Origin: Anthoceros angustus | Lineage: Eukaryota; Plantae; Anthocerotophyta | Direction of reading: 5' to 3' | DNA length: 64,000 nt | Assembly: GCA_010909165.1 (NCBI GenBank) | Contig: VJWM01000068.1 | Location: 496,001-560,000 of the forward strand | In this document: positions 63,992 to 64,000 of the stretch, in pieces | How positions within the stretch are numbered: position 1 is the first letter of the stretch | Layout: each line of letters opens with the position of its first letter | Notes under the pieces: model-generated | Databases searched by the model: none | Seen by the model: the letters and a program-made list of their open reading frames with translations, nothing else | Told to the model about the DNA's origin: nothing | Program-made: the position numbers and the translations under genes

Positions 63992-64000
63992 GCAGCAGCA
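62392..64000 (+). CDS. MED15: MED15a-like copy F, inverted relative to A and B, runs off the window (exons 62392-62489, 62647-62758, 62839-62923, 63012 onward)
   Basis: Same intron phases and same 112-nt exon 2 as A and B. MDACGNGKGSEDWRSRMGEES..IAHNLLKHRPVEDEQGMNVLFENAVEWEQIIFDVAISL HDYL. The frame is open through the repeat until an apparent shift near 63950. Confidence 0.75.
63200..63950 (+). repeat. 15-bp coding minisatellite, (QHQQG)n, about 50 units
   Basis: CAGCACCAGCAGGGG units with TGG/GAA/CAA variants. Confidence 0.95.

Overview
Eukaryotic (land-plant) nuclear DNA. A non-seed plant such as Selaginella is inferred from the histone H3 signature (A31/Y41/S87/L90), PLS-class PPR debris and short introns. 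The window is a heavily rearranged, TE-rich accessory region. Two genes look intact: an intronless histone H3 with an unusual K64R change (7954-8364) and a 3-exon, two-domain, GPI-type phytocyanin/ENODL-like gene (29992-31206). The right half holds an array of at least six full or fragmentary MED15a-like (KIX + Q-rich) copies in both orientations, each with a different expanded low-complexity repeat. Mobile DNA includes a full-length Ty1/copia with TSD (13220-18122), a second rearranged copy, solo and split LTRs, a MULE with a triplicated zinc-finger unit, hAT fragments, a TA-TSD MITE, a LINE 3' fragment, and a 2.1-kb TIR element with an unusual 4-bp TSD. The most interesting signal is a degenerate ParB-like + beta-class N4-cytosine/N6-adenine DNA methyltransferase gene (about 2560-4400), preceded by a CpG-rich island of iterated motifs. 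Several kb-scale tandem duplications have 4-7 bp microhomology junctions. Single-base deletions are pervasive, so many frameshifts may be long-read assembly errors. All family assignments come from motif recognition by eye; no searches were run.
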